DNA from: Polyangiales bacterium
GTDB taxonomy: Bacteria; Myxococcota_A; Polyangia; Polyangiales; Polyangiaceae
Direction of reading: 5' to 3'
Length of the DNA stretch: 64,000 nt
Assembly (NCBI GenBank): GCA_038230375.1
Contig: JBBRNJ010000042.1
Coordinates: 10,525 to 74,524 of the forward strand
The notes under the pieces are model-generated. The model made no database searches. It saw only the letters and a program-made list of their open reading frames with translations, and was not told the DNA's origin. A program made the position numbers and the translations under genes. Of this stretch, positions 19,798 through 30,036 are shown in pieces; the stretch's first letter is position 1; every line of letters begins with the position of its first letter.

Positions 19798-20160
19798 TCA
19801 GTCCGCCGTTGCGTCGGTCGCGCTGTCGCCCGTTGATGCTGCGTCCATGGCTCCGCTGTCGGAGCTCGCTGTCCCCGCGTCCAGCGGACCGTGCAGCGGG
19901 CCCGGATCCACCTGGCATGCGCTCGTGCTTTCGAGCCATGCGCCTTGCGCGCATGTGAAGGTCGCCTTGATTGCCTTGCCGCACGGGTCGATGTTCTTCG
20001 TGTCGTAGTCGCACGAGTGGGTGCCGCTGCACGACGCGCCATTCGAGGGCTTGTCGCCAGGGCAACCATCGCAGGCCATCTGGGTCTGCGCCCCGACCAC
20101 GACAGACGCAACCATCAACACCGACCCGAAGAGCCCAACGCCGCGCGATCGAAACCCCAT
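19798..20160 (-). CDS. Small Cys-rich hypothetical secreted/lipoprotein
   Basis: MGFRSRGVGLFG signal, QMAC, further Cys residues, DAG-type tail; TGcTACCGT 8 nt upstream. Confidence 0.65.
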   Translation of the reverse strand: MGFRSRGVGLFGSVLMVASVVVGAQTQMACDGCPGDKPSNGASCSGTHSCDYDTKNIDPCGKAIKATFTCAQGAWLESTSACQVDPGPLHGPLDAGTASSDSGAMDAASTGDSATDATAD

Positions 20161-20192
20161 TACGCCGAACGGTAGCACCTCACCCCGAACCT

Positions 20193-20918
20193 TCAATCGT
20201 ATCTCTCCGAGTGCACTTGCTGCCGGGGTAGCTGCATGTCGTTCTTCAAGAGCTCGCGCACGCCATCGATCATCTTCTTCAATCCGCAGATGTACACGTG
20301 CGGCGTGGCTCCGCCCTGCGCGAGCTCCTCGAAGAGCCCCTTCACGTGCGTCTGCACGTAGCCCCTTCGCCCCGGCCACGCCTCGCCTCCGCGTGACAAT
20401 GTGTATTCTGCACGAAAGTTGGGGAACTTCGCCTGCATCGCCAGGAGCTCCTCCTTGTAGAGGCGGTCCTCCTCGGTGCGAACGCCAAAGAGCAGCATCA
20501 TCGGATCTGTCTCGCCCGCGTCGAGCGCTGCATGAAGCATGCTCCGGAGCGGCGTGACGCCAGTGCCAGTGGCGACGAAGAGCGAAGGCCCCACGTTCGG
20601 CGTCCGTAGAAAGAGACCCTGCGGACCGATGGCGCGCAGCGTGGCGCCCGGCTCCATCGCGTGCAGGTAGGTGGAGCCCGGGCCACCGTTCACGTGCGTG
20701 ATCGCCAGATCGAACGTACCGTCCGCGTGTGGGGGCGACGCGATCGAGTATGAGCGCCGCACCTCGCCCTCTTGCAGCGGCAAGATGAGCGAGATCCACT
20801 GCCCCGGCGCATGTGCCATGGCCGCGCCGTCCTCGCGCACGAAGTGAAGCTCCTTCACATTCGGAGTGATCATGTGCGCGCGCGTGAGGCGCACGTCGAA
20901 CGTCGGGGGAGCGGGCAT
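20193..20918 (-). CDS. FAD/NAD(P)-binding oxidoreductase (ferredoxin-NADP reductase family)
   Basis: PGQW, RRSYSIAS, GGPGSTYL, GPQGLF, ATGTGVTP, YICG, HSERYD. Confidence 0.9.
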   Translation of the reverse strand: MPAPPTFDVRLTRAHMITPNVKELHFVREDGAAMAHAPGQWISLILPLQEGEVRRSYSIASPPHADGTFDLAITHVNGGPGSTYLHAMEPGATLRAIGPQGLFLRTPNVGPSLFVATGTGVTPLRSMLHAALDAGETDPMMLLFGVRTEEDRLYKEELLAMQAKFPNFRAEYTLSRGGEAWPGRRGYVQTHVKGLFEELAQGGATPHVYICGLKKMIDGVRELLKNDMQLPRQQVHSERYD

Positions 20919-20924
20919 GGGAGC

Positions 20925-21662
20925 TTATGTCCCCGAGTCGGGGTCCTTCGTCAATCGACTTCGGAGCAGCGCCGCACCGGTGAGGCCATTGCCGTTGTCG
21001 GCCGCTCTTGGCGGAGCGGGCGCGAGCGCCTCCTTCTTGTAGGCGTAGGCCGGCTTCATGCGCGAGAGCGAGCGGTACTTGTGCTCCATCCTGAGGAGCG
21101 CATCGAGCGCTTCGCCCGCGTGCAAGCCCATCTCCTTTGCGGCCGCCACCACCTCCTTGATGTGCGGCGTGGACTCCTCCCCGTGGAACACGGGTCCGGG
21201 CAGCACCCCCACGCACGCGGGCTCCGCGAAGCCGACGAGCCGCGCATCGAAGAGGCCGCGCGCGGCATCCAACGCAATGGCAGTGCTCTCGTCCAGGTCC
21301 GTCACGTAGAGGTCCGCACCGGAGTAGAGATCATGCACCAGCAGCACGTCGCCGTCGTCGTCTTGCACCTCGAAGAGGCCGCGATGCGCGCGCGCGAACG
21401 GCGTTGCCCACGCTTGCGCTTCCGGGGGGAGGCGCGGCGTGAGGCCCGCAAGAACGTTCTTCCGTGTGAGCGCGTCGTCGATGAACGCGCGGCTTCGCGC
21501 CTCGAACCACGGATCCTCGGGCGTGAAGGCGCCCGTGCGAACCTCGAACGAAGCGCGCGCCTCTTCTCGCAGCGCGCGGCTGTCTTCGTGGCCAAGGGCC
21601 CCGATCAGCGCGTCCACCGCAGCCAGAAAGCGACACGCTTCGTGAGTCCCGGCGGGGTGCAT
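20925..21662 (-). CDS. Hypothetical protein
   Basis: Natural 245-aa ORF co-oriented with the reductase (6-nt gap). Confidence 0.7.
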   Translation of the reverse strand: MHPAGTHEACRFLAAVDALIGALGHEDSRALREEARASFEVRTGAFTPEDPWFEARSRAFIDDALTRKNVLAGLTPRLPPEAQAWATPFARAHRGLFEVQDDDGDVLLVHDLYSGADLYVTDLDESTAIALDAARGLFDARLVGFAEPACVGVLPGPVFHGEESTPHIKEVVAAAKEMGLHAGEALDALLRMEHKYRSLSRMKPAYAYKKEALAPAPPRAADNGNGLTGAALLRSRLTKDPDSGT

Positions 21663-21747
21663 CGTGAAGCGCCCATCCTACCCGTAGTCCGTGTGAAATC
21701 GGCCTGCATTTGGTGTACGCTTCGGATCAAGGCAGGACCCACACCCG

Positions 21748-22167
21748 ATGGCGAATAGCGTGTTCTTTCCGCAAGACGCGCTCGACGAGTGGATCGTCGG
21801 GGGCATGATCGATCTCTCCCGCGGCGAGCTCATGATCGCGCCAGAGGGACGCCGCTACAAGGTGACCGAGGCGGTCCGCGTCCTGTCCGAGGTCACGGGC
21901 GCCGGCGATCCGAACAAGCTCGTGGGCAAGGTCAGGTCCAACGCGGAGCTGCAGCAGATCGGCGCCGAGATCCTGGAGGGCTCCATGATCCTCGGCGACG
22001 CCGCGTACGACGTTGCGCCCGGCTGGATGGGCACTCCGGTCGGCAGCTTCGACGAGCACCTCCGCTCGATCGAGCGCAAGGCCGCGCGCGTAGGCATGGA
22101 GCCGTTTCAGCCAGCAAGCGAAGAGCACCTCCTGTCCGTCGTCCTTGGAGGCAAGAGCCCAACTTGA
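21748..22167 (+). CDS. Hypothetical protein, first gene of the ccsA-hemA unit
   Basis: Natural 139-aa ORF; stop overlaps the TTG start of ccsA. Confidence 0.75.
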   Translation: MANSVFFPQDALDEWIVGGMIDLSRGELMIAPEGRRYKVTEAVRVLSEVTGAGDPNKLVGKVRSNAELQQIGAEILEGSMILGDAAYDVAPGWMGTPVGSFDEHLRSIERKAARVGMEPFQPASEEHLLSVVLGGKSPT

Positions 22168-23060
22168 ATATCGCGGAGGGCATCCTGCTCGTACTCACGT
22201 CGCTGTCGTACCTGGCAGCGACGCTGGTCTACTTCGCGTTCCTGCTCAACGGGCGCGGCGCGAGCACGGTGAACCGCGTGGGCGCTCGCCTCCTGGCGCT
22301 CGGCGCATCGTTGCATGCTGCACATATCTGCGTCGCTTCGCTCTACCTCCACATCTGTCCCGTCGAAGGCATCCACTTCCCCGTCAGCGTCGTGGCCATG
22401 CTCATGTGCGTGGTGTTCCTTGCTCTCCGCAAGCGCGTGCGTGCGGACGTGCTGGGCGCCTTCGTCGCGCCGTTCGCGCTGACTGCGCTGTTTGCGTCGC
22501 GCATGTCGGGTGGGCCCAGCGCGGACACGGGGCATGTGCGCAACGTGCTCTTGCCGCTGCACGTGTTCGTGAACGTTGGTGGCCTCGCAATGTTCGGCCT
22601 CGCCTTCTCTGCGGCGTCGCTCTACCTGGTGCAGGAGCGTCTGTTGAAGCGCAAGCGCGTGGAAGGGCTCTTCCAGCGGCTTCCCCCGCTCGATGCGCTC
22701 GACCGCGCAGAGCACCGCTTCCTCCTCGGGGGCTTCCCGCTCCTCACCGTGGGCATCCTCACGGGCACCGCGTGGGCTCGCAAGGTGGAGATGGGCGGCA
22801 CCGCGGACGTGCTTCGCTTCGGCTTCGGGTACGCCGCGTGGATCCTCATCGCGAGCGTGCTCGTGCTTCGCGCGGCGGCAGGCTGGCGCGGACGGCGCGC
22901 GGCATACGGCACCATCGCGGGCTTCGGCTTCGCGATGCTCGCCTTGCTCGTGTACCTCGTGCGCGCCCCAGCGGCTCCTCCTTCACCAGTCGTGATGTCG
23001 ACAGTCAACACGACGGTGCCGCAGATACAGCCACCCAGCGTGATCGGGATCGTGCCGTGA
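22164..23060 (+). CDS. ccsA: Cytochrome c biogenesis CcsA/HemX-like membrane protein
   Basis: About 8 TM; LPLHV, SLYLVQERLLK...LPPLDALD, GFPLLTVGILTG.AW, GWRGRRAA; adjacent to hemA. Confidence 0.82.
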   Translation: MNIAEGILLVLTSLSYLAATLVYFAFLLNGRGASTVNRVGARLLALGASLHAAHICVASLYLHICPVEGIHFPVSVVAMLMCVVFLALRKRVRADVLGAFVAPFALTALFASRMSGGPSADTGHVRNVLLPLHVFVNVGGLAMFGLAFSAASLYLVQERLLKRKRVEGLFQRLPPLDALDRAEHRFLLGGFPLLTVGILTGTAWARKVEMGGTADVLRFGFGYAAWILIASVLVLRAAAGWRGRRAAYGTIAGFGFAMLALLVYLVRAPAAPPSPVVMSTVNTTVPQIQPPSVIGIVP

Positions 23061-24439
23061 GCCGCGGGCCGATCGTCGTCGTCGGGCTCTCGCACAAGAG
23101 CGCGCCGGTGGAGGTCCGCGAGAAGCTGGCCGTGCCCGCGGAGGAGCTGCCGCAGGTGCTCCGTGCGCTCACGCACGATCCGCACGTGGGCGAAGCGATG
23201 TTCCTCTCCACTTGCAACCGGGTGGAGGCGTATGTCTCGCCCAGGTCCGGCTCCAATGCCACGCCGGAGCAGCTCGCGCACGCGGTGCGAAAGGTGTTCG
23301 AGGCGCGCGTCGGCGTGAACGCCAGGATCGATCCCGGTCACCTCTACGAGCGCGAGGGCGAAGAGGCCGTGCGCCACATCTTCCGCGTCGCCGCCAGCCT
23401 GGACTCCATGGTCCTGGGCGAGCCGCAGATCCTCGGGCAGGTGAAGGACGCGTACGACGCGGCCACGGAGAACCAGGCCCTCGGGCACTTCCTCGGCCGT
23501 TGCGTGCATCGTGCATTCACCGTGGCAAAGCGCGTCCGCACAGAGACGCTTCTGGGCGCCGGCACCGTCAGCATCTCCAGCGTCGCAGTGGATCTTGCGA
23601 AGCGCATCTTCGGCGACCTCACGGATCACGTGGTGCTCCTGGTCGGCGCGGGCGAGATGGCGGAGGCCGCCGCGAAGAGCCTGGGCAAGGGCGCAAAGGC
23701 GATCCGCGTCTGCAACCGAAGCCTGCCGCGCGCCGCGGAGCTCGCTGCGCAGTTCGGTGGAGCGGCGTCCACGCTGGACACGCTCGAGCAGGAGCTCTTG
23801 CTCGCGGACGTGGTCGTGACCAGCACCGGCAGCAGCACCTTCGTCATCACGAAGGAGATGGTGAAGCGCGCCATGAGGGCCCGCAAGGGCCGCACGCTCT
23901 TCTTCGTCGACATCTCCGTGCCGCGCAACGTGGACCCCCAGATTCACGAGATAGACAACGTCTACGTCTTCAACGTGGACGACCTGGAGGGCCAGGTGCG
24001 CGAGGCCATGAAGGCGCGCGTGAGCGAGGTCGCCGCTGCCGAGAAGATCGTCAGCAACGAGCTCGACGAGTTCCGCATCTGGGCGCGTGGCCTTGCCGTT
24101 GCCCCCACGGTGGTCGCGCTCCGTGCACGCACGCGCGCCGTGCTCATCACGGAGCTGGAACGCACGCTCGGCTCGCGCCTGCGCCACCTGCCGGAAGGTG
24201 ATCGCGCCGCGCTCACGCAGATGATCGAGAGCGCCACCAACAAGTTGATGCACACCCCCACCACGCGCTTGAAGCAGGCATCCGTCGAAGAGGATGGCCC
24301 AGACATGGTGCGCGCGCTCACGCACCTCTTCGATCTCCCGGAGCCTCATGAAGAGGGTCCAAAGGACACCGCGTCGGAGAAGGACGCTGGACAGGCAGCG
24401 CAGGACGGCAGCGACGACAAGGCGCCGCAGACCCACTGA
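23057..24439 (+). CDS. hemA: Glutamyl-tRNA reductase
   Basis: VGLSHKSAPVEVREK, LSTCNRVE, SLDSMVLGEPQILGQVK, GAGEM, DISVPRNVD; GTGA overlap. Confidence 0.96.
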   Translation: MSRGPIVVVGLSHKSAPVEVREKLAVPAEELPQVLRALTHDPHVGEAMFLSTCNRVEAYVSPRSGSNATPEQLAHAVRKVFEARVGVNARIDPGHLYEREGEEAVRHIFRVAASLDSMVLGEPQILGQVKDAYDAATENQALGHFLGRCVHRAFTVAKRVRTETLLGAGTVSISSVAVDLAKRIFGDLTDHVVLLVGAGEMAEAAAKSLGKGAKAIRVCNRSLPRAAELAAQFGGAASTLDTLEQELLLADVVVTSTGSSTFVITKEMVKRAMRARKGRTLFFVDISVPRNVDPQIHEIDNVYVFNVDDLEGQVREAMKARVSEVAAAEKIVSNELDEFRIWARGLAVAPTVVALRARTRAVLITELERTLGSRLRHLPEGDRAALTQMIESATNKLMHTPTTRLKQASVEEDGPDMVRALTHLFDLPEPHEEGPKDTASEKDAGQAAQDGSDDKAPQTH

Positions 24440-24441
24440 CC

Positions 24442-25467
24442 ATGCTGGCACGTCGCACGCAGCTCACGGCTTCGCTCGCGCTCTCTCTGTCCGTGCTGCT
24501 GGTCGTGCCCATCGCTCTCACGTCGTGCCGCAGGAGCGCCTCGGACGACAGCGCCGTACCGACGGACCCTTCTGGCGAGGCGCCGGCACCGGACTCTCAC
24601 GTCGCGCTCGGCGAGGCATCGATGAAGGTCGGCGATCGCATGCGCAACTTCCTCTTCTACATGCCGCCCGCTCCGGCCGAGGGACAGCCCGCACCGAAGC
24701 TGCCGCTGGTGGTCGCGCTCCATGGGCGCCTTGGCAACGGCAAGGGGATGGCAAGGCTCTCACACCTGGACAAGGTCGCCGCGCGTGAAGGGTTCATGGT
24801 CGTGTTCCCGGATGGCCACCGCAGGTCATGGCACGACGGACGGGAGTCCGGCCCGGCCGCGGAGGATCACATCGACGACGTTGGTTTCCTCACCGACCTG
24901 GTGGCATTCTTCGTGCGCGAGCATGGGGCCGATCCGAGTCGCGTGTATGTTACAGGCATGTCGAACGGCGGCTTCATGTCCGGCACGCTCGCATGCAAGG
25001 CGACCACGGTGTTCGCCGCGTTTGCAGAGGTCGCGGCCACGGCGCCGAAGGATCTCGAGTCCGTCTGCGCGCCCGCGGCGCCTATCCCGGCGCTCTTCAT
25101 CGTGGGCGATCAAGATCCGCTCGTTCCTTATGGCGGCGGGCCCATCGCGCACGACGACAGCGGCAAGAAGGGCGTGGGCATCAGCGCCATGGCAGAGGCG
25201 CGCTTCTTCGCGAAGTGGAACGCCTGCACCGGAGAGGCCAGCTCCGACCTGCCCGACACTGACCCCGCGGACGGCACGCGCTCGCAGTTGCTCTCGTTCA
25301 CGGCGTGCCAGGCGAACGCGGGCGTGGACATCATCACCGTGCATGGCGGCGGTCACGCGTGGCCTGGCGGCTGGGCGTATCTACCAGAGCGCCTCATCGG
25401 AAAGACCACGCGCGACTTCGACGCATCCGAGCGCATCTGGGCCTTCTTCAAGGACAAAAAGCGCTAG
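24442..25467 (+). CDS. PHB-depolymerase/LpqC-family esterase, lipoprotein
   Basis: Lipobox LTSC; PLVVALHG, GMSNGG nucleophile, GDQDPLVP, GGGHAWPG. Confidence 0.88.
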   Translation: MLARRTQLTASLALSLSVLLVVPIALTSCRRSASDDSAVPTDPSGEAPAPDSHVALGEASMKVGDRMRNFLFYMPPAPAEGQPAPKLPLVVALHGRLGNGKGMARLSHLDKVAAREGFMVVFPDGHRRSWHDGRESGPAAEDHIDDVGFLTDLVAFFVREHGADPSRVYVTGMSNGGFMSGTLACKATTVFAAFAEVAATAPKDLESVCAPAAPIPALFIVGDQDPLVPYGGGPIAHDDSGKKGVGISAMAEARFFAKWNACTGEASSDLPDTDPADGTRSQLLSFTACQANAGVDIITVHGGGHAWPGGWAYLPERLIGKTTRDFDASERIWAFFKDKKR

Positions 25468-25483
25468 GAACGGAGCGGTTGGT

Positions 25484-26476
25484 TCAGCGCTCGGCGCGGA
25501 GGCCCCTGCGGATCCAGCCCTTGCGGCGGAAGAAGAGCAGGATTGCCACCGCGACGGTGGCCATGAGGGCGAGCGCGTAGGGATAGCCGAATCGCCACTC
25601 GAGCTCGGGCATGATCTTGAAGTTCATGCCGTAGACCCCCGCGATGAACGTGAGCGGCATCATCACCGTGGACATCAGCGTGAGCGTCTTCATGATCTCG
25701 TTCATGCGGTTCGACTGCACGCTGAGATATGCGTCGAGCGCGCTGGTCACGAGATCCCTGTAGCTGTCGACCGTGTCGCCAATGCGAAGGAAGTGGTCGT
25801 AGACGTCACGGAAGAACGGCAGCGCCTCCTTCGGGATCGCCTCCACCTCGCCGCGTGCGAGGCGCAGCAGGGTCTCGCGCTGGTGGATGGCCATGCGGCG
25901 CATGGACTGCAGCGTGCGCTTGAAGGAGAGGATGCGTCCGAGCACCTTGCTGCCCTGGGGTGTTCCGGCCTTCTCCAGGACCTCGGTCTCCAGCTGCTCG
26001 ATCTCCGTGTCCAGCTGGTCCACCAGCGGCATGTAGCGGTCCACCGCGCGGTCGAGCAGCGCGTGCATCAGCCAGGGCAGCCCCTTCGCCATGAGCCGCG
26101 GCGAGCGGTCGAGCTCCGCCTGCAGATCCTTCGACACCCAGTGCGACGAGTCGTGCGTGACCAGGAAGTTCTTTCCGAGCACCACGTCCAGCTCCACCAG
26201 CGACAGATCGTGGATGCTCGAGGCGGCCTCCAGGCCGTGGACGATCACGTAGGTGTAGTCGTCGAAGATGTCGACCTTGGGCGAGGACGACTCGGCCCAG
26301 ATGTCCTCGATCGTCAGCGGGTGCAGGTGGAGCAAGTCGGCGAGGAGGGCATCCTTGTCGGTCGAGCGCGACTCCAGCTCGATCCAGATCGGCTGGTCCG
26401 CGCGAATGGCGGCCGTGATCACCGCCGCGTCGCAGGTGGATTTGATCGTGGTCCCTTCGAGGATGCGCGCTTGCAT
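25484..26476 (-). CDS. corA: Magnesium/cobalt transporter CorA
   Basis: LHPLTIED, FFRDVYDH, MNEIMKTLT...PLTFIAGVYGMNF..MPELEW. Confidence 0.95.
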   Translation of the reverse strand: MQARILEGTTIKSTCDAAVITAAIRADQPIWIELESRSTDKDALLADLLHLHPLTIEDIWAESSSPKVDIFDDYTYVIVHGLEAASSIHDLSLVELDVVLGKNFLVTHDSSHWVSKDLQAELDRSPRLMAKGLPWLMHALLDRAVDRYMPLVDQLDTEIEQLETEVLEKAGTPQGSKVLGRILSFKRTLQSMRRMAIHQRETLLRLARGEVEAIPKEALPFFRDVYDHFLRIGDTVDSYRDLVTSALDAYLSVQSNRMNEIMKTLTLMSTVMMPLTFIAGVYGMNFKIMPELEWRFGYPYALALMATVAVAILLFFRRKGWIRRGLRAER

Positions 26477-26535
26477 GGTTGGCCTACCCGGGCACGCTCT
26501 AACACCGGGCGGGCGCCCGTGATAGGTTCCCGCCC

Positions 26536-27429
26536 ATGCAACGGCTCCTCTTTGCCACACGCAAGAGCAAGCTCGCCCTCGCGCAGTCGCGCGCGTTCGG
26601 CGTGACGCTCGTGGACGGAAACCCCGGACTCACGCTGGACGAGCTCCTCGTGGTCACCACGGGCGACAAGATCCAGGATCGCCCGCTCTCCGAGGTCGGT
26701 GGAAAAGGCCTCTTCACGAAGGAGATCGAGGAGGCGCTCCTTGCGCGCGAGGCAGACTTCGCCGTGCATTCGATCAAGGACGTGCCATACGCGCTTCCGC
26801 CGGGCCTCGTGATCGCCTGCATCCCGAAGCGCGAGGACCCGCGCGACGTGCTCGTGTCACCGAAGTGGAAGACGCTCGCCGCGCTGCCGAAAGGCGCGAA
26901 GGTCGGGACCAGCAGCTTGCGTCGCACCGTCCTCCTCCGCCGCGCTCGCCCCGACCTGGACATCGTGCCGCTACGCGGGAACGTGGACACGCGCCTCGCG
27001 AAGGTGGACCGCGGCGACGTGGACGCGATCCTCCTCGCGCGCGCGGGCCTCGTGCGCCTTGGGATCGCGGATCGCGCGACCGAGATCATCGAGCCCGGCG
27101 TGATGCTCCCGGCGGTCGGTCAGGGCGCGCTCGGAATCGAGACGCGCGAGGACGACGAGGCCACGCGCAAGGTGCTGTCGGTCGTGCACCACCACGAGAG
27201 CGCCATCGCCGTGGCCGCCGAGCGCGGCGTGATGTTCGCGCTCGAAGCAGACTGCAAGACCCCCATCGCAGCGCACGCGCACCGCGACGGCGACGATCTC
27301 GTCGTGCGCGCGTTCCGCGCAGAGATCAACGGCGACAACCCGCGCGAAGAGATGGTGCGCGCCGCGTTCCCGAAGGACGAGGCAACAGCAAGGGCCATGG
27401 GCATCGAGCTAGGCAACAAGCTCGGCTGA
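26536..27429 (+). CDS. hemC: Hydroxymethylbilane synthase (porphobilinogen deaminase)
   Basis: ATRKSKLALAQ, TTGD, GGKGLFTKEIE, AVHSIKD, GTSSLRR, RGNVDTRL, PAVGQGAL, ADCKTPI. Confidence 0.96.
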   Translation: MQRLLFATRKSKLALAQSRAFGVTLVDGNPGLTLDELLVVTTGDKIQDRPLSEVGGKGLFTKEIEEALLAREADFAVHSIKDVPYALPPGLVIACIPKREDPRDVLVSPKWKTLAALPKGAKVGTSSLRRTVLLRRARPDLDIVPLRGNVDTRLAKVDRGDVDAILLARAGLVRLGIADRATEIIEPGVMLPAVGQGALGIETREDDEATRKVLSVVHHHESAIAVAAERGVMFALEADCKTPIAAHAHRDGDDLVVRAFRAEINGDNPREEMVRAAFPKDEATARAMGIELGNKLG

Positions 27430-27505
27430 GGCGGCGCAACGCGACAGCCTGAGCTCAATTCGCGCCAGCGTTGGCCGCCGGTAAGTCCTGGACTAAGGTC
27501 TCGGC

Positions 27506-30019
27506 ATGCGCGCGCGCGGCCTTTTTCCCCTTGTCGTTCTTGGTCTGTTCGTCGCTTGCGACGAGTCGTTCCCGTCGGAGGCTCCGAAGGTGATCGCCAC
27601 ACCGGACGCGAAGGTGGAGATCCGCCTCCGCCCGTTCTCGCTCCGCGTGTTCGACAAGAGCGGCGCACTCGTGGTCGAGACGCTGACGGAGAAGAGCCCG
27701 GACGATCCGAACGGCTCGCCTGCTGCGACGCAGGACACCGGCGTTGACGGCCTTGGCGCGATCCCCGGCTGGGATGGCTACCACCCGAACGAGGGCGCAT
27801 GGGAGCACTCGGGCAACGGCACGATCACCGCCAGCGACGACGCCTCCGCGCACGTCACCTTGAGCACGGACAACGGCCAGATCGACATTGACGTCACGAT
27901 CGCCGGCAACAGGGTCACCATCAAGGAGGTCGCGAACGGGCACATGGCCGGCGACGCGAACGCCGCATGGAACAAGACCACCATGGCGTTCCGCCTGCGC
28001 GACACGGATCATTTCTTCGGGCTGGGGGAGCGCTTCGCGACCATGGATCACCGCGGATGGTCGCTCTATGCGTGGGCAGAAGAGGGAGGCATCAGCCGCG
28101 GCGAGAACATCCCGGCCACCGTCACCCCGCCGAACCCCGAGGCGAACGGCCCGTCCATGACGTACTTCCCCATTCCGTTCCTCCTCACGCCGCAGGGCTG
28201 GGGCATGCAGCTCGCAACCACGCGCCGCACGGAGACGCACTTCGGCAGCGAGCGCGGCGATGCATGGCGCGCCGCGGTCAACGGCACGGACCTCACGGCG
28301 GTGATCTACGTGAACGACTCGCCGCTCGCGAGCATCGACGACTTCACGAAGGAGACGGGGAGGCCGTTCGTGCCCGCGCCCTGGGTGTTCGGACCGCGCC
28401 GCCGCGTGGGCCTGGGCCAGCAGGTGAATGGCGTGGACGAGTGGAAGCTGCTCCGCTCGCGCGGCGTGCCCACGACCACGCTCGACGACGCGGTGCACTT
28501 CCTTCCGCACAGCTCGCAGATCGGCCACGAGGTCGAGCTCTCGAACTGGACGAAGATGCTGCACGACAACGGCTTCAAGGCCACGGCCTACAACAACCCG
28601 TACGTGTCCGCGGAGGACCCCAGCGATCCCGTCTATCAAGCGGGCATCGCGAAGGGTTACTTCATCAAGGACGAGAACGGGAAGCCGGGGCAGTCGTTCT
28701 TCATCTCTGGCAAGGCGCAGACGGTCCACACGATCGATCTCACGAACCCCGCTGCAGTGAGCTGGTTCCAGGATCTGCTCCGTCGCACGCTGGCCCTTGG
28801 CTACGACGGCTGGATGCACGACTTCGGCGAGTACGTGCGCCGCAAGTGGATCGCATTCGACGGCTCGAACGGCGAGGAGCTGCACAACCGCTTCCCGGTG
28901 CTCTCCGCGAAGGTCGCGCACGATCTGCTCGAGAAGGAGAAGCCCAACGATTACCTCTTCTACGTGCGCTCCGGATACACGGGCAGCGCGCAGTACGCGT
29001 CGTCCGGGTGGGGCGGTGACGCAGAAGCCACATTCGACGACGTGCAGGGCCTCCCCGCGATGGTACGCGCGGGCCTGAATCTGGGCATGAGCGGCTTCCC
29101 CATCTGGGGCAGCGACACCAGCGGCTACAAGTGCCTCACGCTCGCCGCGCGCGACAAGGACGTCTACCTCCGCTGGGCGCAGTTCTCCGCCGTGTGTCCC
29201 ATCATGGAGGAGGAGAACGCCTGCTCCAGCATCACGGACCCGAACGCGTCGAAGTGGAAGCTCTGGAACGACGACGAGACCGTCACCGTCTACGGCGCCG
29301 CCGCACGCCTGCACACGCGCCTTCAGCCGTATTTCATGCTGCTCGCGAAGGAGGCGCACGAGACCGGCGCGCCCATCATGCGTCATCCCATGCTGGTCTT
29401 CCCGCACGAGGCAGAGAGCTGGAAGATCGAGGACGCGTTCTTCGTGGGTCGCGGTCTCTACGCGTCGCCGGTCGTGCGGCGCGCGGTCACGGAGAAGACC
29501 ACGTGGATGCCGCCGGGCCGCTACGTCGCGCTCGATGACTCGTCGGTGCTCACGGGCGGAGCCACGGTGACGTTCCCCGCGCCGCTCGGCCGCCTGCCGC
29601 TGTTCCTGGTGGAGAACCAGATGGTGCCCATGCTCGATCCCACCATCGATACGCTGGCGCCGTCGACCGTGCCGGGTGTGGTGTCGCCGGACAAGGTGGC
29701 AGACAGGCTGGATGTCGTGATGGCTCTGGGCCAGGGCGGGCATGCGGAGCTCACGTTGGTGGATGGCACCGTGCTCACCGCGGATCGCGCGGCGGCGGCG
29801 CCTGCCATGACGACCAATCCCGGCCAACTGATGATGGTGACGGCGGCAGACATCGGCTCGTGCGCGAGCTGCTTCGTGGCCGCAAAAGAGGGCGGCGTGA
29901 ACCGCCTCCGCATCACCACCGCCAGCGCGCCCACGTCGGACCTCACGTTCGACGACGTGCACCTGACGGTGAAGGGAAGCCTCACACGCCGCATCCGCTG
30001 GGACGTACGAAGGTTGTAA
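27506..30019 (+). CDS. Glycoside hydrolase family 31, lipoprotein
   Basis: Lipobox FVAC; FFGLGER, IDLTNPAA..WF, GWMHDFGE (nucleophile Asp), WGGD (acid/base Asp), WGSDTSGY, YLRWAQF, PIMRHP. Confidence 0.9.
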   Translation: MRARGLFPLVVLGLFVACDESFPSEAPKVIATPDAKVEIRLRPFSLRVFDKSGALVVETLTEKSPDDPNGSPAATQDTGVDGLGAIPGWDGYHPNEGAWEHSGNGTITASDDASAHVTLSTDNGQIDIDVTIAGNRVTIKEVANGHMAGDANAAWNKTTMAFRLRDTDHFFGLGERFATMDHRGWSLYAWAEEGGISRGENIPATVTPPNPEANGPSMTYFPIPFLLTPQGWGMQLATTRRTETHFGSERGDAWRAAVNGTDLTAVIYVNDSPLASIDDFTKETGRPFVPAPWVFGPRRRVGLGQQVNGVDEWKLLRSRGVPTTTLDDAVHFLPHSSQIGHEVELSNWTKMLHDNGFKATAYNNPYVSAEDPSDPVYQAGIAKGYFIKDENGKPGQSFFISGKAQTVHTIDLTNPAAVSWFQDLLRRTLALGYDGWMHDFGEYVRRKWIAFDGSNGEELHNRFPVLSAKVAHDLLEKEKPNDYLFYVRSGYTGSAQYASSGWGGDAEATFDDVQGLPAMVRAGLNLGMSGFPIWGSDTSGYKCLTLAARDKDVYLRWAQFSAVCPIMEEENACSSITDPNASKWKLWNDDETVTVYGAAARLHTRLQPYFMLLAKEAHETGAPIMRHPMLVFPHEAESWKIEDAFFVGRGLYASPVVRRAVTEKTTWMPPGRYVALDDSSVLTGGATVTFPAPLGRLPLFLVENQMVPMLDPTIDTLAPSTVPGVVSPDKVADRLDVVMALGQGGHAELTLVDGTVLTADRAAAAPAMTTNPGQLMMVTAADIGSCASCFVAAKEGGVNRLRITTASAPTSDLTFDDVHLTVKGSLTRRIRWDVRRL

Positions 30020-30036
30020 GTTGCACGTGAGTTGAA

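Noticed and set aside
27506..30019. GH31 as a sulfoquinovosidase (WMHDFGE resembles YihQ WMADFGE)
   Set aside because: No recognisable sulfonate-binding Q/E..R..W..Y segment and no sulfoglycolysis genes nearby; substrate left unassigned
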